IMG/VR virus record: IMGVR_UViG_2565956709_000005
Span: 1-13,323 of that record
DNA from: a virus
Taxonomy: Duplodnaviria > Heunggongvirae > Uroviricota > Caudoviricetes
Length of the DNA: 13,323 bases
Reading direction: 5' to 3' (one strand)
Below the pieces are notes generated by a model. That model was not told where the DNA came from. It was given only the letters and a program-made list of their open reading frames with translations, and did no database searches. Shown one piece after another: positions 7,136 through 13,323 of this stretch. Made by a program: the position numbers and the translations under genes. The stretch's first letter is position 1. Each line of letters begins with the position of its first letter.

Positions 7136-8098
7136 ATGAGCAGCAAGCTTCATGGTCTTGTCTGGGAAGGGTGCGCCTTCACCGGCATGATCTTATCCAG
7201 GGTGGCGGTTATGGCCCGTCTTGCAGACTACAGCAATGACGAGGGCGTGTCATGGCCTGCCATTGAAACTATCCGGCGTCAGATCGGTGCAAGAAGTGAA
7301 TCCACAGTGAAATCGGCTATTGCAGAACTGGCGAAAGAGGGCTGGCTGACGAAGGAAGAGCGTAAGGTCGGTGGGCGTAATGTAAGCAATATCTATCGAC
7401 TTAATGTGGAAAAACTCGAAGCAGCTGCGGCGGCGGCGCGTGAGTCATATAAACCGAAAAGAAAAATTAGCCCGGCAAAAAATGACCCGTTAACAGTTGA
7501 CCCGTCAAATATTGACCCCTCAACGGTTGACCCGTCAAATTTTGATGGATCAACTGTTGATAAAAAACTGCCGATTAGGGGGGCGATGATTGACCCCGAT
7601 CCGTCAGTATTAAAACCTGATCCGTCAGATAAAAGATCTTCTTGTCCGGACGCTTCGCAACCGGACCCGCAGACGGCTGAACAGGATTTTTTAACCCGAC
7701 ACCCTGACGCGGTTGTGTTCAGTGCGAAAAAACGCCAGTGGGGAAGTCAGGAAGATTTGGTGTGCGCACAGTGGATCTGGGGACGAATCGTGAGTCTTTA
7801 CGAGCAGGCGGCCAGCTATGATGGCGAGATCACTAGACCGAAAGAACCCAACTGGACAGCATGGGCCAATGACGTTCGCACAATGCGGATGCTGGATGGC
7901 AGAACTCACAGACAAATTTGTGAAATGTTTGGGCGTCTCCAGCGGGATTCGTTCTGGGTAAAAAACATCATGAGTCCGGCAAAACTCCGGGAAAAATGGG
8001 ATGAACTGGTTATCCGCCTGGGGCGTTCGCCTGCGCAGCGTTGCGTGAATCACATTTCTGAACCGGACACTGAAATTCCGCCGGGCTTCAGGGGGTAA
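7136..8098 (+). CDS. Phage replication initiation protein (N-terminal winged-helix HTH, O-like), 320 aa from ATG 7136, with ori iterons inside the coding sequence
   Basis: N-terminal HTH-like region (...WPAIETIRRQIGARSESTVKSAIAELAKEGWL...). Central DP(S/L)N/TVD peptide repeats are encoded by the DNA iterons. Position after the cro/cII-like genes matches lambda O. ATG 7136 is preceded by a G-rich stretch; the track's GTG 7121 is the alternative start. Confidence 0.7.
   Translation: MSSKLHGLVWEGCAFTGMILSRVAVMARLADYSNDEGVSWPAIETIRRQIGARSESTVKSAIAELAKEGWLTKEERKVGGRNVSNIYRLNVEKLEAAAAAARESYKPKRKISPAKNDPLTVDPSNIDPSTVDPSNFDGSTVDKKLPIRGAMIDPDPSVLKPDPSDKRSSCPDASQPDPQTAEQDFLTRHPDAVVFSAKKRQWGSQEDLVCAQWIWGRIVSLYEQAASYDGEITRPKEPNWTAWANDVRTMRMLDGRTHRQICEMFGRLQRDSFWVKNIMSPAKLREKWDELVIRLGRSPAQRCVNHISEPDTEIPPGFRG
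7482..7553. repeat. Candidate replication origin: five 12-bp dyad iterons (TTGACCCGTCAA-like) at 15-bp phasing
   Basis: Copies at 7482 (ATGACCCGTTAA), 7497 (TTGACCCGTCAA), 7512 (TTGACCCCTCAA), 7527 (TTGACCCGTCAA) and 7542 (TTGATGGATCAA), each TTGAC-NN-GTCAA-like. Followed by an A/T-rich stretch (7555-7570) and more TGACCCC / CCGTCAG repeats to about 7628. Confidence 0.6.
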
Positions 8099-8138
8099 GT
8101 GTTAATTTCTGGTCATGAGGTAATTTTCAGGAGGGCTT

Positions 8139-8561
8139 GTGGCAAAAGTTTTTACACAAGAAGAGCGGGAAAAAATTAAAGGGCAGGTTGTTGAACTCGT
8201 ACGCCAGAGTGGGCGCGAGACGTTACGACAACTGGAAACTAAAACTGGGGCAACAAGATATCTGATGAGCGTTCTGGCCAGAGAGCTGGTTGCCAGCGGC
8301 GATGTATACAACTCCGGCTACGGGTTATTCCCCTCTGAACAGGCGCGTAAGGACTGGCAAAACGCCCGCAAAAAACTCTCGAGGGCAAAGGTGAAGAAAC
8401 CTGCTGTGGTTGATCCGGACCTTATCTGGTCATCACCTGACGGAGAAATACGTCGCTACGACAGTCGCCTAAACATAATCTGTCGCGAGTGCCGGAAGAG
8501 TGAAGCTATGCAGCGTGTACTGGCTTTCTATCAGGGTAATTTTCAGGAGGCGGTACTGTGA
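8139..8561 (+). CDS. Hypothetical protein, 140 aa, GTG start
   Basis: AGGAGG lies 4 nt upstream of GTG 8139. The 16-nt ribosome-binding-site module GGTAATTTTCAGGAGG occurs just upstream and again at the gene's 3' end. Confidence 0.55.
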   Translation: MAKVFTQEEREKIKGQVVELVRQSGRETLRQLETKTGATRYLMSVLARELVASGDVYNSGYGLFPSEQARKDWQNARKKLSRAKVKKPAVVDPDLIWSSPDGEIRRYDSRLNIICRECRKSEAMQRVLAFYQGNFQEAVL

Positions 8562-8618
8562 GTGAAATTAGCTATCAGGCTTCAATTACCGCTGGCATTC
8601 GCATCAAAGGAGAGGAGC

Positions 8619-8975
8619 ATGGAAATAAAACCAGAGGATGAGTTAAGCAATATCGTTTTATTTCCGGTAAAAGAGGATGACCCTCGTAATCAGGTTAATT
8701 TTCTTTATGAGCCATCGGAAAGACCATATTGTCATCACGCCTCTGTCCGGGTTGACGAAAAAGAGCGTCAGGTCCGCTGTAAAATCTGCGGTGCAGTTGT
8801 GGAGCCATTTGACTGGATGCTCTCTGTGGCGAAAAGAGAAACCAGACTGGCAGATGATGTAAGGCTCTTGCGTCAAGAGGAGCGGGAAAGGCGAAAAAAT
8901 ATAGAAAAGCTAATTCAGATTGAGCGTAACGCGAAAGCGCGGATACGCAGGGCGACAAAATCCAGAACTGAATAA
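8619..8975 (+). CDS. Hypothetical zinc-ribbon-like protein, 118 aa from ATG 8619 (track version starts at GTG 8562)
   Basis: Strong ribosome-binding site AAGGAGAGGAG directly upstream of ATG 8619. Cys/His cluster YCHHASV...CKICG. Basic coiled-coil-like C-terminus. Confidence 0.55.
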   Translation: MEIKPEDELSNIVLFPVKEDDPRNQVNFLYEPSERPYCHHASVRVDEKERQVRCKICGAVVEPFDWMLSVAKRETRLADDVRLLRQEERERRKNIEKLIQIERNAKARIRRATKSRTE

Positions 8976-9068
8976 TTAAATTTAGCTCTGTTAAAAATTT
9001 AATCCTTAACCGGAGGGATTTCTGCACCCTCAGAACATCAGGAGGCCGCCCGAAAGGGCGGTAGTTAA

Positions 9069-9251
9069 ATGCGAAAGTTTAAAATAATTATTGAAACGGG
9101 AATAGCCGGTGGAGATTTCGAGGATGAATTCGAAGTGGATGATGATGCGACGCCTGATGAAATACATGACGAAGCAAAAGATATTTTCTTTAACTACTGC
9201 AATTACTCATATCACGAAATAAAAGACGAAGAGGAAGAACAAAATGGCTGA
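9069..9251 (+). CDS. Very acidic small protein, 60 aa (20 Asp/Glu against 5 Lys/Arg), unknown function
   Basis: ORF in track. AGGAGG (9040-9045), then a GC hairpin (9046-9061), then ATG 9069. Composition counted by hand. Confidence 0.5.
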   Translation: MRKFKIIIETGIAGGDFEDEFEVDDDATPDEIHDEAKDIFFNYCNYSYHEIKDEEEEQNG

Positions 9252-9420
9252 TTTTGGTTCAACTAAATACAACGTCAGTTTTGAAGAATGGCATGAACTG
9301 TTAATGGACTATGCAGAGTTACGTGGTGGCAGTGCTGCTGATGCTGAAGCATGGCGTGATGATTATGAAGCAGGAAAAACTCCGGTCGAAGCATATTGTG
9401 ATGAGTGGGGCGATGAATGA
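9244..9420 (+). CDS. Acidic small protein, 58 aa (16 Asp/Glu against 4 Lys/Arg); absent from the ORF track
   Basis: Hand-translated: MADFGSTKYNVSFEEWHELLMDYAELRGGSAADAEAWRDDYEAGKTPVEAYCDEWGDE. Start overlaps the upstream stop (ATGGCTGA) and its stop overlaps the next ATG (ATGA). Confidence 0.45.
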   Translation: MADFGSTKYNVSFEEWHELLMDYAELRGGSAADAEAWRDDYEAGKTPVEAYCDEWGDE

Positions 9421-9733
9421 GCGAGGTTAATTATCAGGAAGGGCATGAAACGGCGGGGCAAGCAAAAACAGTGGCATGGCGATATCGCTACGTGAAAAAA
9501 AAGGCGTTACGGACTTTCAGGGGAAGTAGTGGTCTGGTGACTGGAAATATGTACCGAAAAAAGAGGATTGTAACGACAGGCCGAACTATGAAATTCAGGC
9601 CTTATTCACTGCCCCGCCAGTCCCGGTTACATCAGAAGAACTGGTTAAAGCTGTGCACTTTTATGAACAACTAAAACGCGAAAATCCACCAGCATCCGGA
9701 AACCTGATTACAGATTCCCAGATAAGGCAATGA
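9417..9733 (+). pseudogene. Disrupted or recoded gene: translationally coupled start at 9417, A8 run with A_AAA_AAG heptamer, protein-like coding in the -1 frame downstream, in-frame TAG at 9527-9529
   Basis: Frame 0 from 9417 is open to 9674 but its C-terminal half is compositionally odd (K/R-rich). The -1 frame from 9530 to 9733 reads protein-like (WSGDWKYVPKKEDCNDRPNYEIQALFTAPPVPVTSEELVKAVHFYEQLKRENPP...) but has no start codon and follows a TAG. Slippery heptamer at 9497-9503. Confidence 0.3.
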
Positions 9734-9903
9734 GCTACCTGGCGCAGAACGGGCTGATAAGTATGGGGAATGTTTTACGATGAATATTTAGACTAAAGAG
9801 TTTGTAACGCTATGTAAGTGATTTTTTCTGGTTTAGATATTTATATATCCGGCCAAATTGAGGTGTGTTTAAATGTAATTGCACATTGATTGTAGGAGGA
9901 ATA

Positions 9904-10083
9904 ATGAAAAACGCATTGCAGTTTTTGTTTGTTGCGTTCTGGTTGTTCGTATCATGTATGCCCATCATCTTCACAGCAAGGTATATGGAAAAAGTTGATG
10001 TTTTGATATTAATATTTGGATATATAAATGCCCTTTTTTTAGGGGTGTTCATGGCGGTCATGTGCATTGAATACTGGCGGTAA
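9904..10083 (+). CDS. Small hydrophobic protein, 59 aa, two predicted transmembrane helices; accessory (moron-like) gene in an AT-rich island
   Basis: AGGAGG (9894-9899) with a 4-nt spacer to ATG 9904 (track lists a longer version from 9865). Sequence MKNALQFLFVAFWLFVSCMPIIFTARYMEKVDVLILIFGYINALFLGVFMAVMCIEYWR. Surrounding 9780-10080 is visibly AT-rich. Confidence 0.55.
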   Translation: MKNALQFLFVAFWLFVSCMPIIFTARYMEKVDVLILIFGYINALFLGVFMAVMCIEYWR

Positions 10084-10138
10084 ATACAGCGAACGCCATT
10101 GGTTTAGTTGGATATTTACTGTGCCGGACAAAAACGGT

Positions 10139-10166
10139 TTGCGGGGAAATCTTAGTTAAGTAGAAT
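10139..10166 (+). promoter_or_regulatory. Predicted promoter of the hok/mok mRNA
   Basis: -35 TTGCGG (10139-10144), 16-bp spacer, -10 TAGAAT (10161-10166). The predicted start near 10173 coincides with a 5' element (10171-10184) complementary to the mRNA 3' region (10547-10561). Confidence 0.45.
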
Positions 10167-10221
10167 GACTGCGGGTGCTTGAGGCTATCTGTCTCAGGCA
10201 TGAACACCAAAAGGCAGATAG

Positions 10222-10295
10222 AGAAAAGCCCCAGTTAACATTACGCGTCCTGCAAGACGCTTAACATTAATCTGAGGCCATATCTATGCTCTACA
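10222..10295 (-). ncRNA. sok: Predicted Sok-like antisense RNA covering the mok ribosome-binding site and start codon
   Basis: Inferred from hok-locus architecture. Minus-strand terminator-like structure (hairpin GCGUC...GACGC nested in a GGCCUCAG/CUGGGGCU stem, then UUUUCUCU) ends near 10222. Weak candidate promoter on the minus strand (-35 TTGCCT 10329..10324, -10 TAACCT 10306..10301). Boundaries approximate. Confidence 0.35.
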
Positions 10296-10498
10296 CACGT
10301 AGGTTAGCCTCTTACGTGCCGAAAGGCAAGGAGAAGCAGGCTATGAAGCAGCAAAAGGCGATGCTAATCGCCCTGATCGTCATCTGTTTAACCGTCATAG
10401 TGACGGCACTGGTAACGAGGAAAGACCTCTGCGAGGTACGAATCCGAACCGGCCAGACGGAGGTCGCTGTCTTCACAGCTTACGAACCTGAGGAGTAA
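10286..10498 (+). CDS. mok: Mok-like reading frame (in-frame N-terminal extension of Hok), 70 aa
   Basis: ORF in track. Starts 19 codons upstream of hok in the same frame, an arrangement I recall for MokC/HokC. GAGG lies 8 nt upstream of ATG 10286. Confidence 0.6.
   Translation: MLYTRRLASYVPKGKEKQAMKQQKAMLIALIVICLTVIVTALVTRKDLCEVRIRTGQTEVAVFTAYEPEE
10343..10498 (+). CDS. hok: Hok/Gef-family type I toxin (small membrane-depolarising peptide), 51 aa, HokD/RelF-like
   Basis: Sequence MKQQKAMLIALIVICLTVIVTALVTRKDLCEVRIRTGQTEVAVFTAYEPEE has the Hok/Gef signature (N-terminal transmembrane helix, ...LVTRKDLCEV.IRTG..EVA.F.AYE...). AAGGAG lies 10 nt upstream. Confidence 0.88.
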   Translation: MKQQKAMLIALIVICLTVIVTALVTRKDLCEVRIRTGQTEVAVFTAYEPEE

Positions 10499-10565
10499 GA
10501 GACCAGGCGGGGGAGAATCCCTCGCCACCTCTGATGTGTCAGGCATCCTCAACGCACCCGCACTT

Positions 10566-10592
10566 AACCCGCTTCGGCGGGTTTTGTTTTTT
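10566..10592 (+). terminator. Rho-independent terminator of the hok mRNA
   Basis: AACCCGC-TTCG-GCGGGTT stem-loop followed by TTTTGTTTTTT. Confidence 0.8.
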
Positions 10593-10664
10593 CCTGGCAT
10601 TCTGGTTTACAATTCGCACGTCAGCCTGAACACCTGACACCTGCTGCGCCAGCAGAGAAAACAG

Positions 10665-10937
10665 ATGGCGCACAAAACCAAATTTCACAATTCTGATACC
10701 GACCTTGCCATCCGGCATGAGCGGCGTTCACACGCATTTAAAACCGACTGGTACCAACACCCACCATGTACTGAAGAACAGGCCGAATGGCTGATTCATA
10801 ACTACCGCAGACGTGGATATGAGTTTAGGAAAGCCCTCACCCTCGATTATCGTCACTGGATAATCTACGTCAGACTCCCTTATTCCGAACGCCCACCGCG
10901 TCCGTCCCGCACATTCCAGCAACGGATCTGGAGGTAA
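10665..10937 (+). CDS. Hypothetical protein, 90 aa, translationally coupled to the downstream HNH-motif protein
   Basis: ORF in track. Its 3' end contains the GGAGG that serves the next gene's GTG start. The antisense ORF here is S/T/R/P-rich and less plausible. Confidence 0.5.
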   Translation: MAHKTKFHNSDTDLAIRHERRSHAFKTDWYQHPPCTEEQAEWLIHNYRRRGYEFRKALTLDYRHWIIYVRLPYSERPPRPSRTFQQRIWR

Positions 10938-10938
10938 C

Positions 10939-11997
10939 GTGCGGGTATTACTTCGATCTGTTCCGGTACCGGAACTTGGGCTGGTGGTCCTTAAGCCTGG
11001 TCGTGAATCCATGCAGGTATTCCGCAGCGGTCGTGTACTGGTGGAGCCGGAACCGAAAAGCATGCGCGGTCTGCCGTCCGGAGTCGTTCCTGCCGTTCGC
11101 CAGCCATTGGCGGAGGATAAATCACTACTGCCATTTTTCAGCGATGAGCGGGTGATTCGTGCTGCTGGCGGTGCTGGTGCGCTGTCTGACTGGCTGTTAC
11201 GCCACGTTAAATCCTGCCAGTGGCCTCATGGTGACTATCATCACAGTGAAATCGTCATACATCGTTACGGTACCGGCGCGATGGTGTTGTGCTGGCACTG
11301 CGACAACCAGCTGCGTGACCAGACCTCCGAATCACTCGGGCAACTTGCTCATCAAAACCTGTCAGCATGGATGATTGACGTCATACGCCATGCAGTGAAT
11401 GGCACGCAGGAGCGGGAATTATCGCTGGCTGAATTGTGCTGCTGGGCTTCTGTAAATGATGTAGTGGATGCCATGACCGAAAATATGGCGCGTCGAATCC
11501 TGAAGCTTCCGGGTGAAAAAATCCGCTCAGTATACCGCGAGAGCGACATCGTACCGGGAGAGCAGACCGCCATCAGCATACTGAAGCAGCGCACAAAAAA
11601 TATTGCGCCGTTGCCTCACGCCCACCAGCAACAGAATCCACCACAGGAAAAGACGGTGGTCAGCATTGCCGTTGATCCGGAGTCACCGGCTCAGTATCTC
11701 CAGCGCCAGAAACCACAACGGGAAGAGATGCCTGTATACACGCGCTGGGTAAAAACGCAGAAATGCATGACGTGTGGCAATCAGGCAGATGATCCGCATC
11801 ACATCATTGGTCATGGACTGGGAGGGATGGGAACAAAGGCTGATGATTTGTTTGTTATTCCGCTGTGCCGTAAATGCCATAGCGAACTACACGCCGGGGT
11901 AAAAGATTTTGAAGAAAAACACGGCAGCCAGCTGTTGTTGCTGATTCGTTTTTTAATGCACGCGAGAAATTCGGGTGTCCTGAAGTGGAAAGCATGA
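10939..11997 (+). CDS. Nin-region protein with C-terminal HNH-type zinc-finger nuclease motif (DUF968-like), 352 aa
   Basis: C-terminus CMTCGNQADDPHHIIGHGLGGMG...LCRKCHSELH has a CxxC...HH...CxxCH...H layout. GGAGG lies 6 nt upstream of GTG 10939. Sits directly upstream of rusA. DUF968 label is from memory. Confidence 0.65.
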   Translation: MRVLLRSVPVPELGLVVLKPGRESMQVFRSGRVLVEPEPKSMRGLPSGVVPAVRQPLAEDKSLLPFFSDERVIRAAGGAGALSDWLLRHVKSCQWPHGDYHHSEIVIHRYGTGAMVLCWHCDNQLRDQTSESLGQLAHQNLSAWMIDVIRHAVNGTQERELSLAELCCWASVNDVVDAMTENMARRILKLPGEKIRSVYRESDIVPGEQTAISILKQRTKNIAPLPHAHQQQNPPQEKTVVSIAVDPESPAQYLQRQKPQREEMPVYTRWVKTQKCMTCGNQADDPHHIIGHGLGGMGTKADDLFVIPLCRKCHSELHAGVKDFEEKHGSQLLLLIRFLMHARNSGVLKWKA

Positions 11998-12363
11998 ATG
12001 ACTGAACGCATAGAATTTGTTTTGCCTTACCCGCCAACGGTGAACACTTACTGGCGACGTCGTGGCAGCACATATTTTGTATCAAAAGCCGGTGAGCGTT
12101 ATCGCCGTGATGTGGCGCTTATTGTTCGCCAGCAGCGGCTGAAATTAAACCTGTCCGGAAGGCTGGCGATAAAGATTATTGCAGAGCCACCGGATAAACG
12201 TCGTCGTGACCTGGACAATATCCTGAAAGCACCACTGGATGCGCTGACGCATGCCGGACTTCTCATAGACGACGAGCAGTTTGATGAAATCAATATTGTG
12301 CGCGGTCAGCGCGTTCCTGGGGGGCGGCTGGGCGTGAAGATTTACAAAATTGAGAGTGAGTGA
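11998..12363 (+). CDS. rusA: RusA Holliday-junction resolvase, 121 aa
   Basis: Motifs ...LPYPPTVNTYWRR... and ...PDKRRRDLDNILKAPLDAL... match the RusA family as I know it. Start overlaps the upstream stop (TGAATG). Confidence 0.88.
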   Translation: MTERIEFVLPYPPTVNTYWRRRGSTYFVSKAGERYRRDVALIVRQQRLKLNLSGRLAIKIIAEPPDKRRRDLDNILKAPLDALTHAGLLIDDEQFDEINIVRGQRVPGGRLGVKIYKIESE

Positions 12364-12917
12364 TCGTAAATATGATATATCCGGAAATTACAGGCAAAAG
12401 CGGCGAGCATTTACGTCTAAAAACGCTGGAAGCCGTCTGGATCCAGGGGAAATTACGGATGTGGGGGCGTTGGTCGTACATAGGTGGTGGCAAACCAGGA
12501 AATATGTTCAATCAGTTGCTGGCATCCAAAACACTTACAAAAACTGCGATCAATGAAGCTCTGCGCAGAATAAAAAAATCAGGGATTGATAAAACTGAGC
12601 TGGAAGCGTTTTTGCGTGAGATGATCAACAGCAAGCAAAAGAGCGGGCTGGCTTATTGTACTGATGCCGAGGCGTTATGTATCGATCGGGTAATTAGTAA
12701 AGTGTTGGCAGAGCATCCGGGATTGATTTGTATCCTCCGACAAAGATATGAAGGGCTGGGAATGAGCAAGCTGAAAATGGCAGAACAGTTAAAAAAGAAT
12801 CACCCTGACTGGAGCCTGAAAACTTGTAGAAATCGCATTGATGTTTGGTTGGCGATGGCTGAAACCATGCTTTTCCTTCCAATGTGCGTGGCACTTCGGT
12901 GCTTTTCTGATAACTGA
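12360..12917 (+). CDS. Putative late-gene antiterminator (Q-like) by position, 185 aa; start may be ATG 12372 rather than GTG 12360
   Basis: ORF in track. Follows rusA as Q does in lambdoid phages and is followed by a promoter-like sequence. No Q-specific motif recognised, so the function is positional inference. Confidence 0.4.
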   Translation: MIVNMIYPEITGKSGEHLRLKTLEAVWIQGKLRMWGRWSYIGGGKPGNMFNQLLASKTLTKTAINEALRRIKKSGIDKTELEAFLREMINSKQKSGLAYCTDAEALCIDRVISKVLAEHPGLICILRQRYEGLGMSKLKMAEQLKKNHPDWSLKTCRNRIDVWLAMAETMLFLPMCVALRCFSDN

Positions 12918-12992
12918 TGATAGAAGTGCATCAGCTATCAATCTTGTTGACGTTCATCAAGGTCTGGACAATACTTACGTTAAGTTCCAACA

Positions 12993-13323
12993 GGTAATGG
13001 TGCCAACTTACTGATTTAGTGTATGATGGTGTTTTTGAGGTGCTCCCGTGGCTTCCATCTCCATCAGTTGTCCCTCCTGCTCAGCTACTGAAGGCGTGGT
13101 GCGTAACGGTAAAAGTACTGCCGGACATCAGCGCTATCTCTGCTCTCACTGCCGTAAAACATGGCAACTGCAGTTCACTTACACCGCTTCTCAACCCGGT
13201 ACACACCAGAAAATCATTGATATGGCCATGAATGGTGTTGGATGCCGGGCAACCGCCCGCATTATGGGCGTTGGCCTCAACACGATTTTACGTCACTTAA
13301 AAAACTCAGGCCGCAGTCGGTAA
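12993..13323 (+). mobile_element. IS1 insertion sequence, left end and insA, truncated by the window edge
   Basis: Terminal sequence GGTAATGGTGCCAACTTACTGAT at 12993 resembles the IS1 inverted repeat as recalled, followed by a complete insA ORF and the IS1 A6C frameshift motif (13299-13305). Confidence 0.88.
13048..13323 (+). CDS. insA: IS1 InsA (transposition regulator; N-terminal part of the InsAB' frameshift transposase), 91 aa
   Basis: Sequence [43 protein letters not shown]... is recognisable as IS1 InsA. Slippery A AAA AAC lies near the 3' end. Confidence 0.9.
   Translation: MASISISCPSCSATEGVVRNGKSTAGHQRYLCSHCRKTWQLQFTYTASQPGTHQKIIDMAMNGVGCRATARIMGVGLNTILRHLKNSGRSR

Noticed and set aside
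6695-7153. 152-aa minus-strand ORF
   Set aside because: Antisense to the ydaT-like gene; P/S/R-rich low-complexity translation typical of a GC-rich antisense frame.
7691-8053. 120-aa minus-strand ORF
   Set aside because: Antisense to the replication initiator gene; no supporting context.
9497-9503. Functional programmed -1 frameshift at A_AAA_AAG
   Set aside because: Not accepted as established: the -1 frame hits TAG nine codons later, so a shift alone cannot make the long downstream product. Kept as an open question in the findings.
9810-10067. 85-aa minus-strand ORF
   Set aside because: Antisense to the small membrane protein gene, which has a strong AGGAGG site; AT-rich DNA readily gives open antisense frames.
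10388-10600. 70-aa minus-strand ORF over hok
   Set aside because: Antisense to the clearly recognisable hok coding sequence; the antisense element in this family is a short RNA, not a protein.
10728-11063. 111-aa minus-strand ORF
   Set aside because: S/T/R/P-rich translation antisense to the coupled 90-aa and HNH-motif genes.
11159-12511. Assorted 60-80-aa ORFs on either strand inside the HNH-motif gene, rusA and the Q-like gene
   Set aside because: All nested within or antisense to longer ORFs with recognisable motifs.
1-13323. CRISPR arrays, tRNA or rRNA genes
   Set aside because: No regularly spaced direct repeats with unique spacers and no tRNA-like or rRNA-like sequence recognised by eye. 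The window starts at the int stop codon, so any att site or tRNA target would lie outside it.

Overview
This window reads as the early/immunity region of a Rac-like lambdoid prophage (Enterobacteriaceae), from the integrase at the left edge to an IS1 copy cut by the right edge. All calls come from reading the sequence and the ORF track; no database search was run. Leftward (minus-strand) operon: int (1-1131), overlapping xis, a large RecE/exonuclease-VIII-like protein whose C-terminus looks like a DnaQ-type 3'-5' exonuclease, then several small early genes including an AT-rich two-gene insert. Immunity switch: a RacR-like repressor (5780-6256) flanked by lambda-style O_L and O_R operator/promoter regions that share a 23-bp inverted repeat. 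Rightward operon: ydaS-like Cro-type HTH gene, ydaT-like gene, a replication initiator with 15-bp-phased ori iterons inside its coding sequence, small genes (two very acidic), a disrupted or recoded ORF, a small membrane protein, a complete hok/mok/sok-type type I toxin-antitoxin locus, a 90-aa ORF coupled to an HNH-motif protein, rusA, and a Q-like ORF. An IS1 left end starts 75 bp after the Q-like gene, where a late promoter would be expected. No tRNA, rRNA or CRISPR array was recognised. The most unusual items are the RecE-like protein's domain composition with no recT/bet partner, the AT-rich two-gene insert, and the pair of very acidic small proteins; none of these functions can be assigned from sequence alone.
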